NCBI GenBank assembly: GCA_951406725.2
Contig: OX597816.1
Span: 62,992,001-63,056,000 of the forward strand
Origin: Octopus vulgaris
Lineage: Eukaryota
Length of the DNA: 64,000 nucleotides
Direction: 5' to 3'
The notes below the pieces were generated by a model. That model was not told the DNA's origin and did no database searches. It saw only the letters and a program-made list of their open reading frames with translations. A program made the position numbers and the translations under genes. Position 1 is the first letter of the stretch. Each line of letters begins with the position of its first letter. Positions 1-12,888 of this stretch are shown here, piece after piece.

Positions 1-124
1 AATTAGTTCAGAGCTGCAATTTGTCACTTAATCTATAGAGATATAAATAATTGCACATGCAAAATTTCAGCTAGATCAAACAACTGCAAGTGGGTTAAGG
101 GCATTACTTATTGAACGTCCCTCG
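1..124 (-). mobile_element. Terminus of a mariner-type DNA transposon, truncated by the window edge
   Basis: Minus strand reads TA-CGAGGGACGTTCAATAAGTAATG, resembling a mariner TIR, with TA at 125-126. Confidence 0.55.
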
Positions 125-170
125 TACAGGCTGGCAGCAATCATAGTCCGGAAACAGCCGAGTTGGGCCG

Positions 171-227
171 ATTCCACTGAAGAAGCCACGGCAAAAAAGC
201 CCGAAACTGACCGATTAGGCTGGGAAT
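171..227 (+). ncRNA. Degenerate type I hammerhead ribozyme motif in a probable PLE terminal repeat
   Basis: attcca-CTGAAGA(177-183)-agccac-ggc aaaaaa gcc-c-GAAA-ctga ccga ttag-GC-tgggaat. Cleavage triplet is mutated (GC instead of TH); the element runs into a (CA)n tract. Confidence 0.45.
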
Positions 228-415
228 ACTTCGACTGCTGCTTTTCGGTCATTTATGGTCCCTGTTAGCATGTAAATATATTGTTATGTGCTTTGACTTC
301 AGTATTAAAGCGTTTAGCTGTTGTCTCTAGCAATGCAAGTGCTTCTAACGCTCTCAGTCATTCCTAATGATGTAGTTTTCTTTTTGGTACACATTGCTTA
401 CTGCTGCCTCTATTA

Positions 416-417
<2 letters not shown>

Positions 418-458
<41 letters not shown>
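418..458. repeat. (CA)n microsatellite
   Basis: Direct reading. Confidence 0.97.
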
Positions 459-461
<3 letters not shown>

Positions 462-964
462 GCGGGAGGAGTGCTGCTAAGCTGCTGCGTCTCGCAGTGA
501 GTAATAGTTTGTAATACATATATCCAAAAATATTTCTGGAACAAAAAGCAATAAAAAATGGTGTTCAAGGTCATTGATTTTATGCAATACTGAAGAAACA
601 GGGGGGAGTTCCACATTTTAGACGGAATTCATTTGTTTATAAGAAGCAAAAAATATATATAATAAGAGAATAAAAGAAAAATGGCGACTTTTCAATGATT
701 GTTTGACCTCAAATACTGAAGACTGTCGGAAGATTGCTGATATCTCCGTCAAAAGAGATAATGAGCAAAAACGTCGATATATATATATGTGTGTGTAGTT
801 GCTGTTGTTCTGGTAGTTATTCATGTTATGTGAGTGCCGATGTAGGCTTTGTATGTGTGCGTGTTTTGTGGGGGCGCGTTTTATCGAGAATAAGTATGTA
901 TATTTAAGTATGTGTGTATGCGTGTATGGGGCTGTGACAGATAGATAGATAGATGATAGATAGA

Positions 965-1833
965 TATGTTTCTTTATTGGCCACACAGGGCTGAACACAG
1001 AGGGGACAAAATACAAAATAGAGATTCTCTTTTTGGGAGGAAAAAAAAGGGCCGATCAATAGGGATCGTGTATCACAGAAACGTCATAATGTAAAAAGGG
1101 GAAACAGATTAGGTTCATCCGTGGAAGGAAAAGCCCACGGAAAAGACCATGATAACCTTGGGCAATAATGTCATGCAAAAAAAACACATTACAGTAAGTG
1201 ACTCACTTTTTTCCTTTCTTTTTTTGGCTCATAGGATTCTGCTCAAGAATTATGATCATTCACACGTGCCATCCTTGCTACATTCACCCATCTTTTTTTT
1301 ATTTTTTTTTAAACATTCACTAGACAAAACTTCCCTCTCTACTCTCACCTTCCTCTTCACACTTGAAGAAGTTGATGAGAGATTGACCAGAGAGGAAAGT
1401 GTTTGTCTCTAGACCTTTCAGATGCGTCCACCATACACGTTCTTTCGCTAAAGCGACAAGTACTATGAAAATGGCTCTTCCTTCCCGTTTCAAGGAAGGA
1501 GGCGCGACAATAATCACAATAGACTCGGTTGATAAACCGACTCGTCCCACACGTGACAGCAGTCGTTCGACATAAGCCTACAAGTCGGAAATGGTTGGAC
1601 ACTGTACGAGTGCGTGCAGAACGGTTTCGTCGCTCTGACCGCACCTCGGACAGGTCGGCCCCATCTTTCTTGCGCCATGACTGTAGAGCCTATCCCAAAC
1701 GGGTAGCGCTTCTTGATAGCACTGCCAGGCCAGGGATCTCTGGAAGTTGTCCATAGGTCCCGGCCTGAAAGTTGTCTTGAACAGGCGGGTCAGGTATTCC
1801 TCGTCGACGCCCAGGTTTGCCCCGAGATCGTCG
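965..1833 (-). mobile_element. 5'-truncated Tx1/L1-clade LINE (ORF2 C-terminal zf-RVT region plus 3' UTR)
   Basis: ORF 1578-1997(-) contains FRPGPMDNFQRSLAWQCYQEALPVWDRL...CPRCGQSDETVLHALVQCP (CCHC zf-RVT). The 3' UTR ends in AATAAAGAAACATA; (GATA)n on both sides. Confidence 0.85.

Positions 1834-1920
<87 letters not shown>
1834..1920. repeat. (TAGA)n/(CAGA)n microsatellite
   Basis: Direct reading. Confidence 0.97.
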
Positions 1921-1959
1921 TGGCCGAAAACAAAATAGACTGTGGTTATGTTTGTAAGG

Positions 1960-2600
1960 GAAGCGAAGATGAGAAGTGTTATATGAATAAGTGGCATTTA
2001 TCAGGGTTACTATACGGTGGATGACCTGATTTTAGTCGAAAGATAAGTTACAGTTCGCAATGTAACCGAAAGGCGATTGATCTTTGATCAGACTGACTTT
2101 ACAAACAATCTCTGACTGGTTTTCCAATATTTGACATATCACATAGTAAGGATTTTATATAGAAAGCGAGCACCTTTGTGGTACAAGTAAATCGCCTAGA
2201 TGGAATGGGGAGTTAAGTCAGTGAAATATTTTGGATCAAAAAATTTGTTGTAACGGGAGACATACTTTCGTTGGGAGTAGAGAAAAGTGAAAGACCGAAA
2301 AATTTCGGTGATTGTGATCATGTCTGAAGAAAGCGAGAGGGCATTTAGGAAAAATGTGTTGTACGGATGATAAAATTGCTGATTGTGGGCGAAGATTAGA
2401 AAAAGAAAGATGGCGAGGTATATTTGAGGGCTGTTTAATGTGAAAGAGGTTATTGATAAGTTGCCAAAGTGCTTTAGCCTTGTACGGGTTAGTCTATCAT
2501 CTCACCGTAGTACTATCTTAATGAACAGACTTAACGACAATGTCTGCCTTTGTCGAAGTCGGCGGAGTTCTGAGAGCGCCGTCTTAGAGATGTTGAAGTG
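1960..2600 (-). mobile_element. Decayed, internally deleted Penelope-like element ORF (pre-RT motif and GIY-YIG)
   Basis: Manual translation: NISKTALSELRRLR..DIVVKSVH*DSTTVR**TNPYKAKALWQL resembles PLE DIVIKPADKG..YxxEAxRQL; RRFTCTTKVLAFYIKSLLCDMSNIGKPVR resembles FTCxSxNVIYxIxCxxCxxxYIGETGR. Confidence 0.65.
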
Positions 2601-3090
2601 TCGCAAAGGTTTCCAAAATTGAAACGGTCGAATACAGTTTTTTTTTTTATCTTTAGGGAAGGGTAGTGCTTATGATCCTTTACAGGCCTTCAACATTGAC
2701 GGAAAGAAGGGAAGAAGGAAGAAAATTATTCTCATGCTGGAGACCTGGTCCGATGCTTGCAACAGATTGGATTCAGATAAATGCAATCAAAGGCCAGGTT
2801 GTGATGCTATGCCGAGTGTCGGATGACTCAACCACCCAAGAAGGCTACGACTGGATTTCAACTTAGAAAGCAAAGAGCCAAAACATATTTGTTCCGGCGC
2901 CAGGTATATCATTCGACGCTCTTACTTTTCCGCCTGTCCACCACCTTACGTTTGTAATTTATTTATTGACCCCAGAAGAATGAAACGCAAATTTGACCTG
3001 GCGGGATTTGAAATCTGAACGGAAAATGCTGATATAAATACTGTAAGGTATTTCTTCCAAATCTCTAAGGATTCCGCCACTTCGCTGCCT

Positions 3091-3260
3091 TCATGTGAAG
3101 ATACAAACTGGTAAGTAGATTCGGTTCATTGAACTATGCGGAAGTGGGCGTTCAGTGAAGATCAGTGAAGTAGCCTTTGTCACTGGGCCCAGATGATAAG
3201 TGGTTGAAAATGCACATAGGATAGTGCATCGAAGGAACCGCTTGATGTCCGGGTTTGAAT
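3091..3260 (-). mobile_element. PLE Cys-rich linker / GIY-YIG start remnant
   Basis: ORF 3091-3321: RCTILC...GP...SSMNRIYLPVC resembles RCxxC...GP...CxSxNVIYxIxC. Confidence 0.45.
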
Positions 3261-3644
3261 CTTTTCGATAAATGGGGGAGGGATATTTAGCAGGGTTCTC
3301 TACCATGTTTAGAATAGTCATTATGGGATGTCACACAGGCATTTTCTTGTTACTCTTACCATCGGAAATGCAGTGACCCAGGAGTTAGCTAATATTAATC
3401 CCTGTAACCAGTATTAATCACGAAAGTCCATATTGAACGCTATAACCAATACTGATTACAGGAAAATGTATGTGATAATGAACTTAATAATAGTAATAAT
3501 TACTATCATCGGTACCAAACCACAATTCATTTTATTGAACACGAAAGGATAAAAGTTAAGTTGACCTCGGCGAGATTTAAACTCAGAACGTAGAGTAGAT
3601 CTATACGACGTTCATTAATTTTATCACAAGCAGAATGAAAGTAA

Positions 3645-3960
3645 GTGGCCTAGTGGTAAGTGTGTTAGACTGAAGATCATAAGGTTGTGGATTCGATTCC
3701 TAGACAGGGCGGTATGTTGTGCTCTTAAGGAATGCACTTTGTATCTTGTTTTTCTTGTCTACTTAACTGAAAACGCACCCCAGCTAAGAGTCGTTGCACC
3801 TGTAGAGTCCCATACAGCAGTCACATCTGAGATGTTCAGTTAGATCAAGAGTACGAAGGCCAAAATGGTTCTATGTCGACACACGGCGACATACACATTT
3901 TAAGACAATTCCGAGACCATGGTACATGTTTAAAAGTCATATTCGCTTGGGTGTGACGGC
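3645..3960 (+). mobile_element. Old SINE family D copy with a distinct tail
   Basis: Pol III A box TGGCCTAGTGG and B box GGATTCGATTCC; head is homologous to 26991. Confidence 0.6.
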
Positions 3961-4346
3961 AATAACAATAAGCATGGGGCCAGAAATTTGGTGAGAGGAA
4001 GGAGAGAATTAGTTATATTCAGCCAATACTTCATTTTTAATTACACCAATTCGAAAAGATGAAAGCTAAAACTGATTCAGGCTGGATTTGAACTTAAATC
4101 GCAAAGTACCGGAACAAACATCGCAGGACATTGAGTTCGATACTCTAACGGTTGCAACAGTCCCTAAGACTGTTTCTAATATAGACGCAGAGCCATTACA
4201 GTTACATGCTCTATATTATATTTTATCGATCTTGAAATTTGAAAGGCAAAATTGGTCTTGGCATTAGAACACAAAATATAAAGAAGTGACATAAATACTC
4301 GAGGTGTTTTGTTCATCGCGCTAACCATTCCACCAATCCACAATAA

Positions 4347-4860
4347 TATCATGTTGGGACAAAGTCTTTGCAATATTTTGGTAAATTTTTGCTTTATTCG
4401 TCCAGTTACAACAAAGCAGCCTAGCATACAAAGTAGGGACCTTTGTGTTGCACCGTCTGAAACCACCTTTCTGCCAGTTCTGATATCAGTTTTTTGTCCT
4501 CCGAGGCGAAGATCCCTTTCAATAATGCTACCACCCCGACTTGGTTGATGAAGTGTCTCGAGCGAAGGAAGTGTACCATAAATGGCATCCAGTAATAATC
4601 TAAGGGAGCTAGGTCGATTCCCTCAAGTTCCCGGAGTTCATCCAGGGTCGTTCGAGCGGTATAAGATCTTGCTTTGACCTGCTGCAGAAGGGCTCGCTTT
4701 CTGTTAACAAATGACGTGTATTTTTGTCACACTATGACATACACCCTTTCCAGGTGTTCAGGTTGGTATCGATGGTTCGACCATCCGGAACCAACTCGTA
4801 GTTAATTATTCCCTCATAATCCCCAAACGTGAAAAGCTGGGGCACGTTGGGTTTGCAGAA
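4347..4860 (-). mobile_element. mariner (DD34D-type) transposase 3' fragment with TIR remnant
   Basis: DYEGIINYELVPDGRTID, RALLQQ.KARSYTARTT, DLAPLDYY and ELAERWFQTVQHKGPYF on the minus strand; TIR-like tatcatgttgggacaaagt at 4347. Confidence 0.75.
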
Positions 4861-5028
4861 AAATATTTTCCTCGAATTGTGAAAAAATTTTTTTTTTTTT
4901 TTTTGGGGGGGGGGGGGTAGTCGTGTCTCAAACATTCGAACAAGATATGTATGTATGTGTGTGTGTATGTATGTATGTATGTATGTATGTATGTATGTAT
5001 GTATGTATGTATGTATGTATATTTATGT

Positions 5029-5594
5029 CAATCACTTTCGAGTGCTACTGGTAACATGTAACCCAGTACAAGCTGTTGCCCAGTACAAGTTGTTGCATGG
5101 TCGGGTCGTCGGCGACTAAACCGGCAACCCAACCAAGCTTGCTTGATGAGGAGGACGTTTATTGGACACCCTGCGGGATGAAAAACAAAACCCGTCAAAG
5201 GGCGGAGGAACTCTTGAGAGTCAACGGCCATCCTATAAATGTCATTAGGCTGTATCATGCGCGGGGACATAGAAATAATCGGACTGAATACCCGATCGCG
5301 CGGTTAAACCATTGGGAGTGAAGGACTCCTAGCCTTTGTTAGGGCATCTTTCTAGGAGAAGGTAGCTCAGGTAACTGGGATAATTCCGCCATAAATCTGC
5401 GGCTCAGTGGTTACCGATGATGTTGACTTGTTCTTCTTTTCGGATTATAGCTGCTGTTGCTTAGTGATTGGGATTAAATCAGTGCACAGTCTTTCCTCAC
5501 TGTAAGAATAATCTTCTTGCACAGGCATTGCACGACAACGACATTGATTAAGCTTCGTGCAATGGCCATTCTCGATAACCAGGGGGCAGCCACC
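5029..5594. mobile_element. Probable non-autonomous retroelement embedded in (TATG)n
   Basis: 566-bp GC-richer island flanked both sides by (TATG)n. Motif TTAGGGCATCTTTCTAGGAGAAGGTAGCTC resembles RTE-type 5' UTRs (from memory); related fragment at about 12920-12985. Confidence 0.5.
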
Positions 5595-6127
5595 ATGTAT
5601 GTATGTATGTATGTATGTATGTATGTATGTATGTATGTATGTATGTATGTATGTATGCATGCATGTATGTGTGAGTGTATGTATGTGTGTATGTTTGTAC
5701 GAATGCATGCATGCATGTTTGTATGTATGCATGTTTGTGTGTATGCATGTATGTACTTATGCATGTATGTATCTATTTATGTATGTATGTATGCATATGC
5801 ATGTATGTATGTATGCATATGCATGTATGTATGTATGCTTGTGTGATATATGTATGCACGTATGAATGTACGTATGCATGTATGATGTATGTATGTGAGC
5901 TATTGCGTTTGTGTTTGTCTCCCACCACCCATACTATGGGGTAGGGAGTCTAGTCGATTACATCGACTCTAGAGATCAGCTGGGTACTTATTTTATCGAT
6001 CCTCAGAGAGGATGGAAAGCAAGGTGAAACCGCTTGCGGAACTTGAACACAAAACGTTAAGAACTGGAACAAATATTGCTAAGCATTTTGTTATTTTAGT
6101 TCGTGGCTAAACGACTCCACCAATCCA

Positions 6128-6195
6128 CAATAGCAACAACAACAACAACAACAACAACAGCAATAATAACAACAGCAACAACAACAACAACAACA

Positions 6196-6235
<40 letters not shown>

Positions 6236-6263
6236 GAATAATAATAATAATAACAACAATAAC

Positions 6264-6319
<56 letters not shown>

Positions 6320-6332
6320 TAACAACAATAAC

Positions 6333-6373
<41 letters not shown>

Positions 6374-6386
6374 TAACAACAATAAC

Positions 6387-6427
<41 letters not shown>

Positions 6428-6440
6428 TAACAACAATAAC

Positions 6441-6487
<47 letters not shown>

Positions 6488-6500
6488 TAACAACAATAAC

Positions 6501-6562
<62 letters not shown>

Positions 6563-6566
6563 TAAC
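6128..6566. repeat. (AAC)/(AAT)n tract with 54-60 bp higher-order unit
   Basis: Interruption gataacaacaataacaat recurs at 6318, 6372, 6426 and 6486. Confidence 0.95.
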
Positions 6567-7004
6567 CAATCTTCAAGATCGTAATCAAATTTTCGAAAGG
6601 TAACCGTCTTTGAATATGTCTCCCGAGCATAACACATGAAGTGGCTTGTAATTAGCTTTGACACGCACGCGCCCGCGCGCTCCTATCTTATATAATTTAC
6701 TGAATGATGAGGTAAGGTGGGGTGGGAGGACATAGACGCTGGTGGTAGCAATATTTCAGAGAGTAAATTTCTTCAACACGTGGGAACGAAGCCAGTTTAT
6801 AAATTGACAAATGGACAAATTATCATCATCAAAATAAAACTGTAGCCATTTCTCACATTTTCTTTTACTCCTCTCTTCCTCTCTTACTCTCTCTCTCTCT
6901 CTCTCTCTCTTATTGGGCGCGCGTGCGTGAATGTGTGTTATAACATTTCCCTTCACTTTTTTTCATAGTTATCTACTTTTCTATGATTTTTATGTTTTAT
7001 TCTG

Positions 7005-7057
<53 letters not shown>

Positions 7058-7196
7058 GTTATTATTATTATTATCATCAACATCATTATTATTATTATTC
7101 TCATCATCTTCATCATCATCATCATCATAATCATTATCACCATCATTATTATTATTATTATCATTATTATTACTATTATTATTATTATCATCATCA

Positions 7197-7253
<57 letters not shown>

Positions 7254-7291
7254 TATCATCATCATCAGCATCATCATTATTATTATTATTT

Positions 7292-7358
<67 letters not shown>

Positions 7359-7360
7359 GT
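7005..7360. repeat. (ATT)/(ATC)n tract
   Basis: Direct reading. Confidence 0.95.
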
Positions 7361-7514
7361 ATTCATTAGTTTTCTTTACCCTAACTTATTTTCATTTTCT
7401 CGTTATCTACTTTATTTTATTCTTTTATATTATTCTTTTCCACAATTTCTGCCACTTTCCTTCGTTATTATCACTGCTCACGTCACCCCCATCAACACCA
7501 TCACTACCTCCTAC

Positions 7515-7992
<478 letters not shown>

Positions 7993-8080
7993 TGAGAAAC
8001 TGCAATAACACGTACTTCCATATAGAAACCGACAAAAGCGGTACCCGTTTCGCCTGCCTACCACCGTCTAAGGAAGGAAT

Positions 8081-8473
8081 ACTCTTTTACTCTTTTACTT
8101 GTTTCGGTCATTTGACTGCGGCCATGCTGGAGCACCACCTTTAGTCGAGCAAATCGACCCCGGGACTTATTCTTTGTAAGCCCAGTACTTATTCTATCGG
8201 TCTCTTTTGCCGAACCGCTAAGTGACGGGGACGTAAACACACCAGCATCGGTTGTCAATGCTAGGGGGACAAACACAGACACACAAACACACACATACAT
8301 ATATATATATACATATATGCGACAGGCTTCTTTCAGTTTCCGTCTACCAAATCCACTCACAAGGCATTGGTCGGCCCGGGGCTATAGCAGAAGACACTTG
8401 CCCAAGATGTCACGCAGTGGGACTGAACCCGGAACCATGTGGTTGGTTAGCAAGCTACTTACCACACAGCCAC
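8081..8473 (-). mobile_element. SINE family B (tRNA head, CORE-like segment, internal microsatellite, GAGTAAAA tail)
   Basis: A box TGGCTGTGTGG, B box GGTTCAGTCCC, CTTGGGCAAGTG; more than 12 homologous copies in the window. Confidence 0.9.
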
Positions 8474-8556
8474 ACGAACTTCAACTATAACCCTATGTAT
8501 TACAATATGTGTGTGCGCCTGTGTATGCGTGCATGCGTGCGCGCGCGCGTGTGTGT

Positions 8557-8818
<262 letters not shown>

Positions 8819-9055
8819 ACACATATATATATATATATATACATACATATATACATGTGTATGAATGTATATATATATGCAGACACATATACAGAAAAGG
8901 ATTGTCCTGGAAATGATATAAAAAACAGGTATACCTTTCTAATTAATTAACAAATGTTATTCAGAATACACATGTCGGTAGAGTATCATTCACGAGAAAG
9001 GGAGACAATTCAAAAGAAAAGCTTGCACACTTTATATGTAAGAAATTCAGATGAA

Positions 9056-9096
9056 ATGCGACGTCGAAGTTTCGCAGAGAGCACCTCCTCAGGAAT
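9056..9096 (-). ncRNA. Hammerhead ribozyme-like motif
   Basis: attc-CTGAGGA-ggtgctctctgc-GAAA-cttcgacg-TC-gcat: intact core and GUC site; stems I and III each one change from perfect, stem II weak. Confidence 0.55.
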
Positions 9097-9158
9097 ACAT
9101 ACATATAAATATATATACAAATATATATGTATGTATGTATATATATGTGTGTGTGTGC

Positions 9159-9210
<52 letters not shown>

Positions 9211-9297
9211 AGAGATTACGAAAAAAACAAAAGACGAAGACAGGTGGTGAACAAAACAAACAGATGTATTAGTATAACGCTCAGTAATAGAGAAAGT

Positions 9298-9333
9298 ATT
9301 TTACGTTTCGAGCCTACGTTCTTCTACATAAAG
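9298..9333 (-). ncRNA. Hammerhead-like motif with variant core
   Basis: cttt-ATGTAGA-agaacgtaggctc-GAAA-cg-TA-aaat. Confidence 0.45.
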
Positions 9334-9469
9334 GGACACAGAAAAAACAAGGAGAGAAATAAGGAGAGAAAAAAATGTGTGCAGTGGCTAACGATGTTGT
9401 AACTACATGTAGATTGCTGGTATTTTTTTTCCTTCGTCTCCTTTTGTCTTGGACATTCCTCTGTCTCTG

Positions 9470-9504
9470 GTTTCTGAAGAAGAGCTTTGCTCGAAACGTA
9501 AAAC
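9470..9504 (+). ncRNA. Minimal type I hammerhead ribozyme
   Basis: gttt-CTGAAGA-a-gagc ttt gctc-GAAA-cg-TA-aaac: canonical core, perfect stems I and II, palindromic ACGT stem III; predicted cut after 9500. Confidence 0.85.
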
Positions 9505-9629
9505 ATCCTTTCGTTCCTTCCCCAAGCGTCTTTTAATAATTTGCATCTACCACGTCCATGCATTGTTCTTTTGTGTTTTTCTTTTTTTTTTCTGAGGGTG
9601 GGTGGAATTAATTATCAATATATATATAT

Positions 9630-9843
9630 GTTGTTTGTTCCTTCTCGAGCTACGCCTGGCTCATTAGGGCCGGTTTCCCCACCTGGACGTGACGCCAGCC
9701 TGTCGCAGGTGAGCTGCAAGACGCAGGAAGAAAGAGTAAGAGAAAGTTGTGGCGAAAGAGTCAGCAGAAGTTCGCCATTACCTTCTGCCGGAGCCGCGTG
9801 AGATTTGAACCCGCGAGTCCGCTGCTCTAACCACAAGGCCATG
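9630..9843 (-). mobile_element. SINE family C, internally deleted, V-domain-like tail
   Basis: Head TGGCCTTGTGGTTAGAGCAGCGGACTCGCG; tail CTGCGACAGGCTGGCGTCACGTCCAG. Confidence 0.8.
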
Positions 9844-9894
9844 AGTGTGTATTTATGTGTGTATGTGTATACATATATATATATATACACACAT

Positions 9895-10020
9895 ACTGTC
9901 CGACGAACGGTAACAGCTTTTGTGAAATTTCTGTTGCTTTTAAATAAAGCATATTACTCTAACTCTGGTATTTGAGTACTCTTTTTTCCACCTTGTTTCA
10001 CATTTATGTGTTTACTCCGG
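9895..10020 (+). mobile_element. (TA)n-embedded short element with deleted hammerhead (family of 60981 and 63850)
   Basis: Shares gcatattactct...ggtatttgagtactcttttttccaccttgtttcacatttatgtgtttactccgg with the two other copies. Confidence 0.85.
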
Positions 10021-10835
10021 TATATACACACATAGACATATACACACACATATATATACATACACACACACACACATGTATATATATATATACATCTATG
10101 TGTATTTATGTGTGTATGTATATATATATATATATATATGTATGTATATATAAACACATATACATATGCACGCGCATAAATACATATTAAATACATACTC
10201 ACACACATATACATACATATATATATATACATACATATATGCGTACACGTTCACAGGGTGATTAACTGAATAAGAATAAGGATTCTTCCGTCGCTGTGTA
10301 CAATTGAGAAAACGAATAACGAAACACTGGAGAGAAAACGCTCCATGTTCCGTGATACCTTTGTTTTCACAAGGGAGCGAATATCTTATTTATCTACGCG
10401 TACATGTAAGCTTGTGGCTGTGTGTATGTGTGTTGTTGCCCCGTATGTATGATGTGTGTGTATTTGTGCGTGTGATTGTGTTTATGTGTGTTGTGTAATT
10501 CTATAACGTAATCTAATTTTTTTTTTTTTTTTTTTTTTTTACATCTTTTTCGGTTTTTCTTGCACATTTTTCACGCCTGGATTACTGAATGATTACAAGT
10601 ACGTCTGACGTTTTTATTTTGTTTCGTTTCGTTAACAAAAATTGAAGTTAAGACAAAAATAGCTGAATTACAACAAAACCCTTGGTGACGGACGAGCAGG
10701 AAAGGCAAAATGTCATGCCGACATTTCAAGCGGAGGAAATTAAGCAACCAATCCATTAATTTTCTTCTTTCCCTCTTTCCTTCCTCCCTTCTTTTTCCTT
10801 TTCTTTTACTTTTAAATTCATTTTATTTTGCGCGT

Positions 10836-10842
10836 TGACGAC

Positions 10843-10875
<33 letters not shown>

Positions 10876-10939
10876 GGTGGTGGTTGTGATGATGATGGTG
10901 ATGATGATGATGATGGTGATGATGATTGTGATGACGATG

Positions 10940-10971
<32 letters not shown>

Positions 10972-11153
10972 GATGATGATGGTGGTGGTGATGATGATGG
11001 TGGTGGTAGTGATGATGATGATGATGGGGATGATGACGTTGGTGATGGTAATGATGATGATGGTGATGATGATGATGGTGATGATGATGATGGTGATGAT
11101 GATGATGATGGTGATGATGATGGTGATGACGATGATGATGATGATGATAATGG

Positions 11154-11215
<62 letters not shown>

Positions 11216-11276
11216 GTGATGATGGGGATGATGACGTTGGTGATGGTGATGATGATGATGGTGATGATGATGATGG

Positions 11277-11337
<61 letters not shown>

Positions 11338-11369
11338 GGTGGTGGTGGTGATGATGATGGTGGTGGTGG

Positions 11370-11404
<35 letters not shown>

Positions 11405-11441
11405 GGGATGATGACGTTGGTGATGGTAATGATGATGATGG

Positions 11442-11476
<35 letters not shown>

Positions 11477-11607
11477 GGATCAAGACGTTGGTGATGGTAA
11501 TGTTGATGATGGTGATGATGATGTCGTTGGTGATGCTGATGATGATGATGGTGATGGTGATGACGATGTTGATGATAATGATGTTGATGATGATGATGAT
11601 GATGATG
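10836..11607. repeat. (GAT/GGT)n tract with higher-order duplications
   Basis: Marker gatggggatgatgacgttggtgatggt at 11023, 11221 and 11401; variant at 11473. Confidence 0.95.
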
Positions 11608-11717
11608 CAGAGAAGAAGGAGGAAGAGGAAGGAGAGGAGGATGGAAAAGAGGAGGAAAGGGAGGAGGGAGAAGTGAAGGAAGAAGATGAGGACGATTATG
11701 ACGACGACGATAACGAT

Positions 11718-12352
11718 ACTCTCTTTTACTCTTTTACTTGTTTCAGTGATTTGACTGTGGCCATGCTAGAGCACTGCCTTTAGTCGAGCAAATCGACCCA
11801 AGGACTTATTCTTTGTAAGCCTAGTAACTATTCTATCGATCTCTTTGTCGAACCGCTAAGTTACGAAGACGTAAACACACCAGCATCGGTTATCAAGCGA
11901 TGTCGGGGGGACAAACACAGACACACAACATACACATACACATATATACATACACATATATGCGACGGGCTTCTTTCAGTTGCCTATTTCTTTATTGCCC
12001 ACAAGGGGTTAAACATAGAGGGGACAAACAAGGACAGACGAAGGGATTAAGTCGATTAAATCGACCCCAGTGCGTAACTGGTACTTCATTTATCGACCCC
12101 GAAAGGATGAAAGTCGAATTCGGTGGAATTTGAACTCAGAACGTAACGCCGCTAAACATTTCGCCCGGCGTGCTAACGTTTCTGCCAGATCGCCGCCTTC
12201 TTTCAGTTTCCGTCTACCAAATCCACTCACAAGGCTTTGGGCGGCCCGAGGCAATAGTAGAAGAGACTTGCCCAAGTTGTCACGCAGTGGGACTGAGCCC
12301 GGAACCATGTGGTTGGTAAGCAAGCTAATTACCACACAGCCACTCCTGCGCC
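11718..12352 (-). mobile_element. SINE B interrupted by a SINE A insertion
   Basis: B halves at 11718-11981 and 12197-12352. Confidence 0.9.
11982..12196 (-). mobile_element. SINE A monomer with Tx1-like tail and 12-bp TSD
   Basis: TSD cttctttcagtt at 11970-11981 and 12197-12208; head TGGCAGAAACG...GAGTTCAAATTCC. Confidence 0.9.
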
Positions 12353-12487
12353 GATAACATAGATGATATTGATGATGATGATGATGACGACCGCAACGAC
12401 AACAACGATGAAAATCACGAAGGTGAAAACGACGACAGCGATGACGATGAAGAAAGTGACGCCCATAACCATCAACACGACGACGAC

Positions 12488-12888
12488 GAGATGGCAGAAA
12501 CGTTAGCAGGCCGGACGAAATGCTCAGCAGTATTTCGTCTGTCTCTACGTTCAAATTCCGCCGAGGTTGACTTTGCTTTTCTGGGTCGATAAATTAAGAA
12601 TCAGTTACGCACTGAGGTCGATGTAATCGACTTAATCCCTTAGTCTGTCCTTGTTTGTCCTCTCTATGCTTAGCCCCTTGTGGGTAATAAAGAAATAAGA
12701 AGCGTTAGCACGCCAGGCGAAATACTCAGTGGTATTTCGTCTGTCCCTCCTAGCATCGCTTGACAGCCGATGCTGGTGTCTTTACGTCCCCGTAACTTAC
12801 AAAGAATAAGTCCTGGGGTCGATTTGTTCGACTAAAGGCGGTGCTCCAGCATGGCCACACTCAAATGGCTGAAACAAGTAAAAGAGTT
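12488..12888 (+). mobile_element. SINE A (about 1.2 units) fused to a SINE B 3' half
   Basis: Homology to other copies in the window. Confidence 0.8.

Larger units (their letters stand above)
9208..9616. mobile_element. Head-to-head pair of related hammerhead-bearing PLE-type short elements in (TA)n
   Basis: Left unit (-) is homologous to 25548-25742, right unit (+) to 48020-48210; both outer ends abut (TA)n. Confidence 0.7.

Noticed and set aside
10828-11676. 282-aa poly-Asp/Gly ORF (biomineralisation-like acidic protein)
   Set aside because: Pure GAT/GGT repeat open in several frames, TTG start, no signal peptide or splice support.
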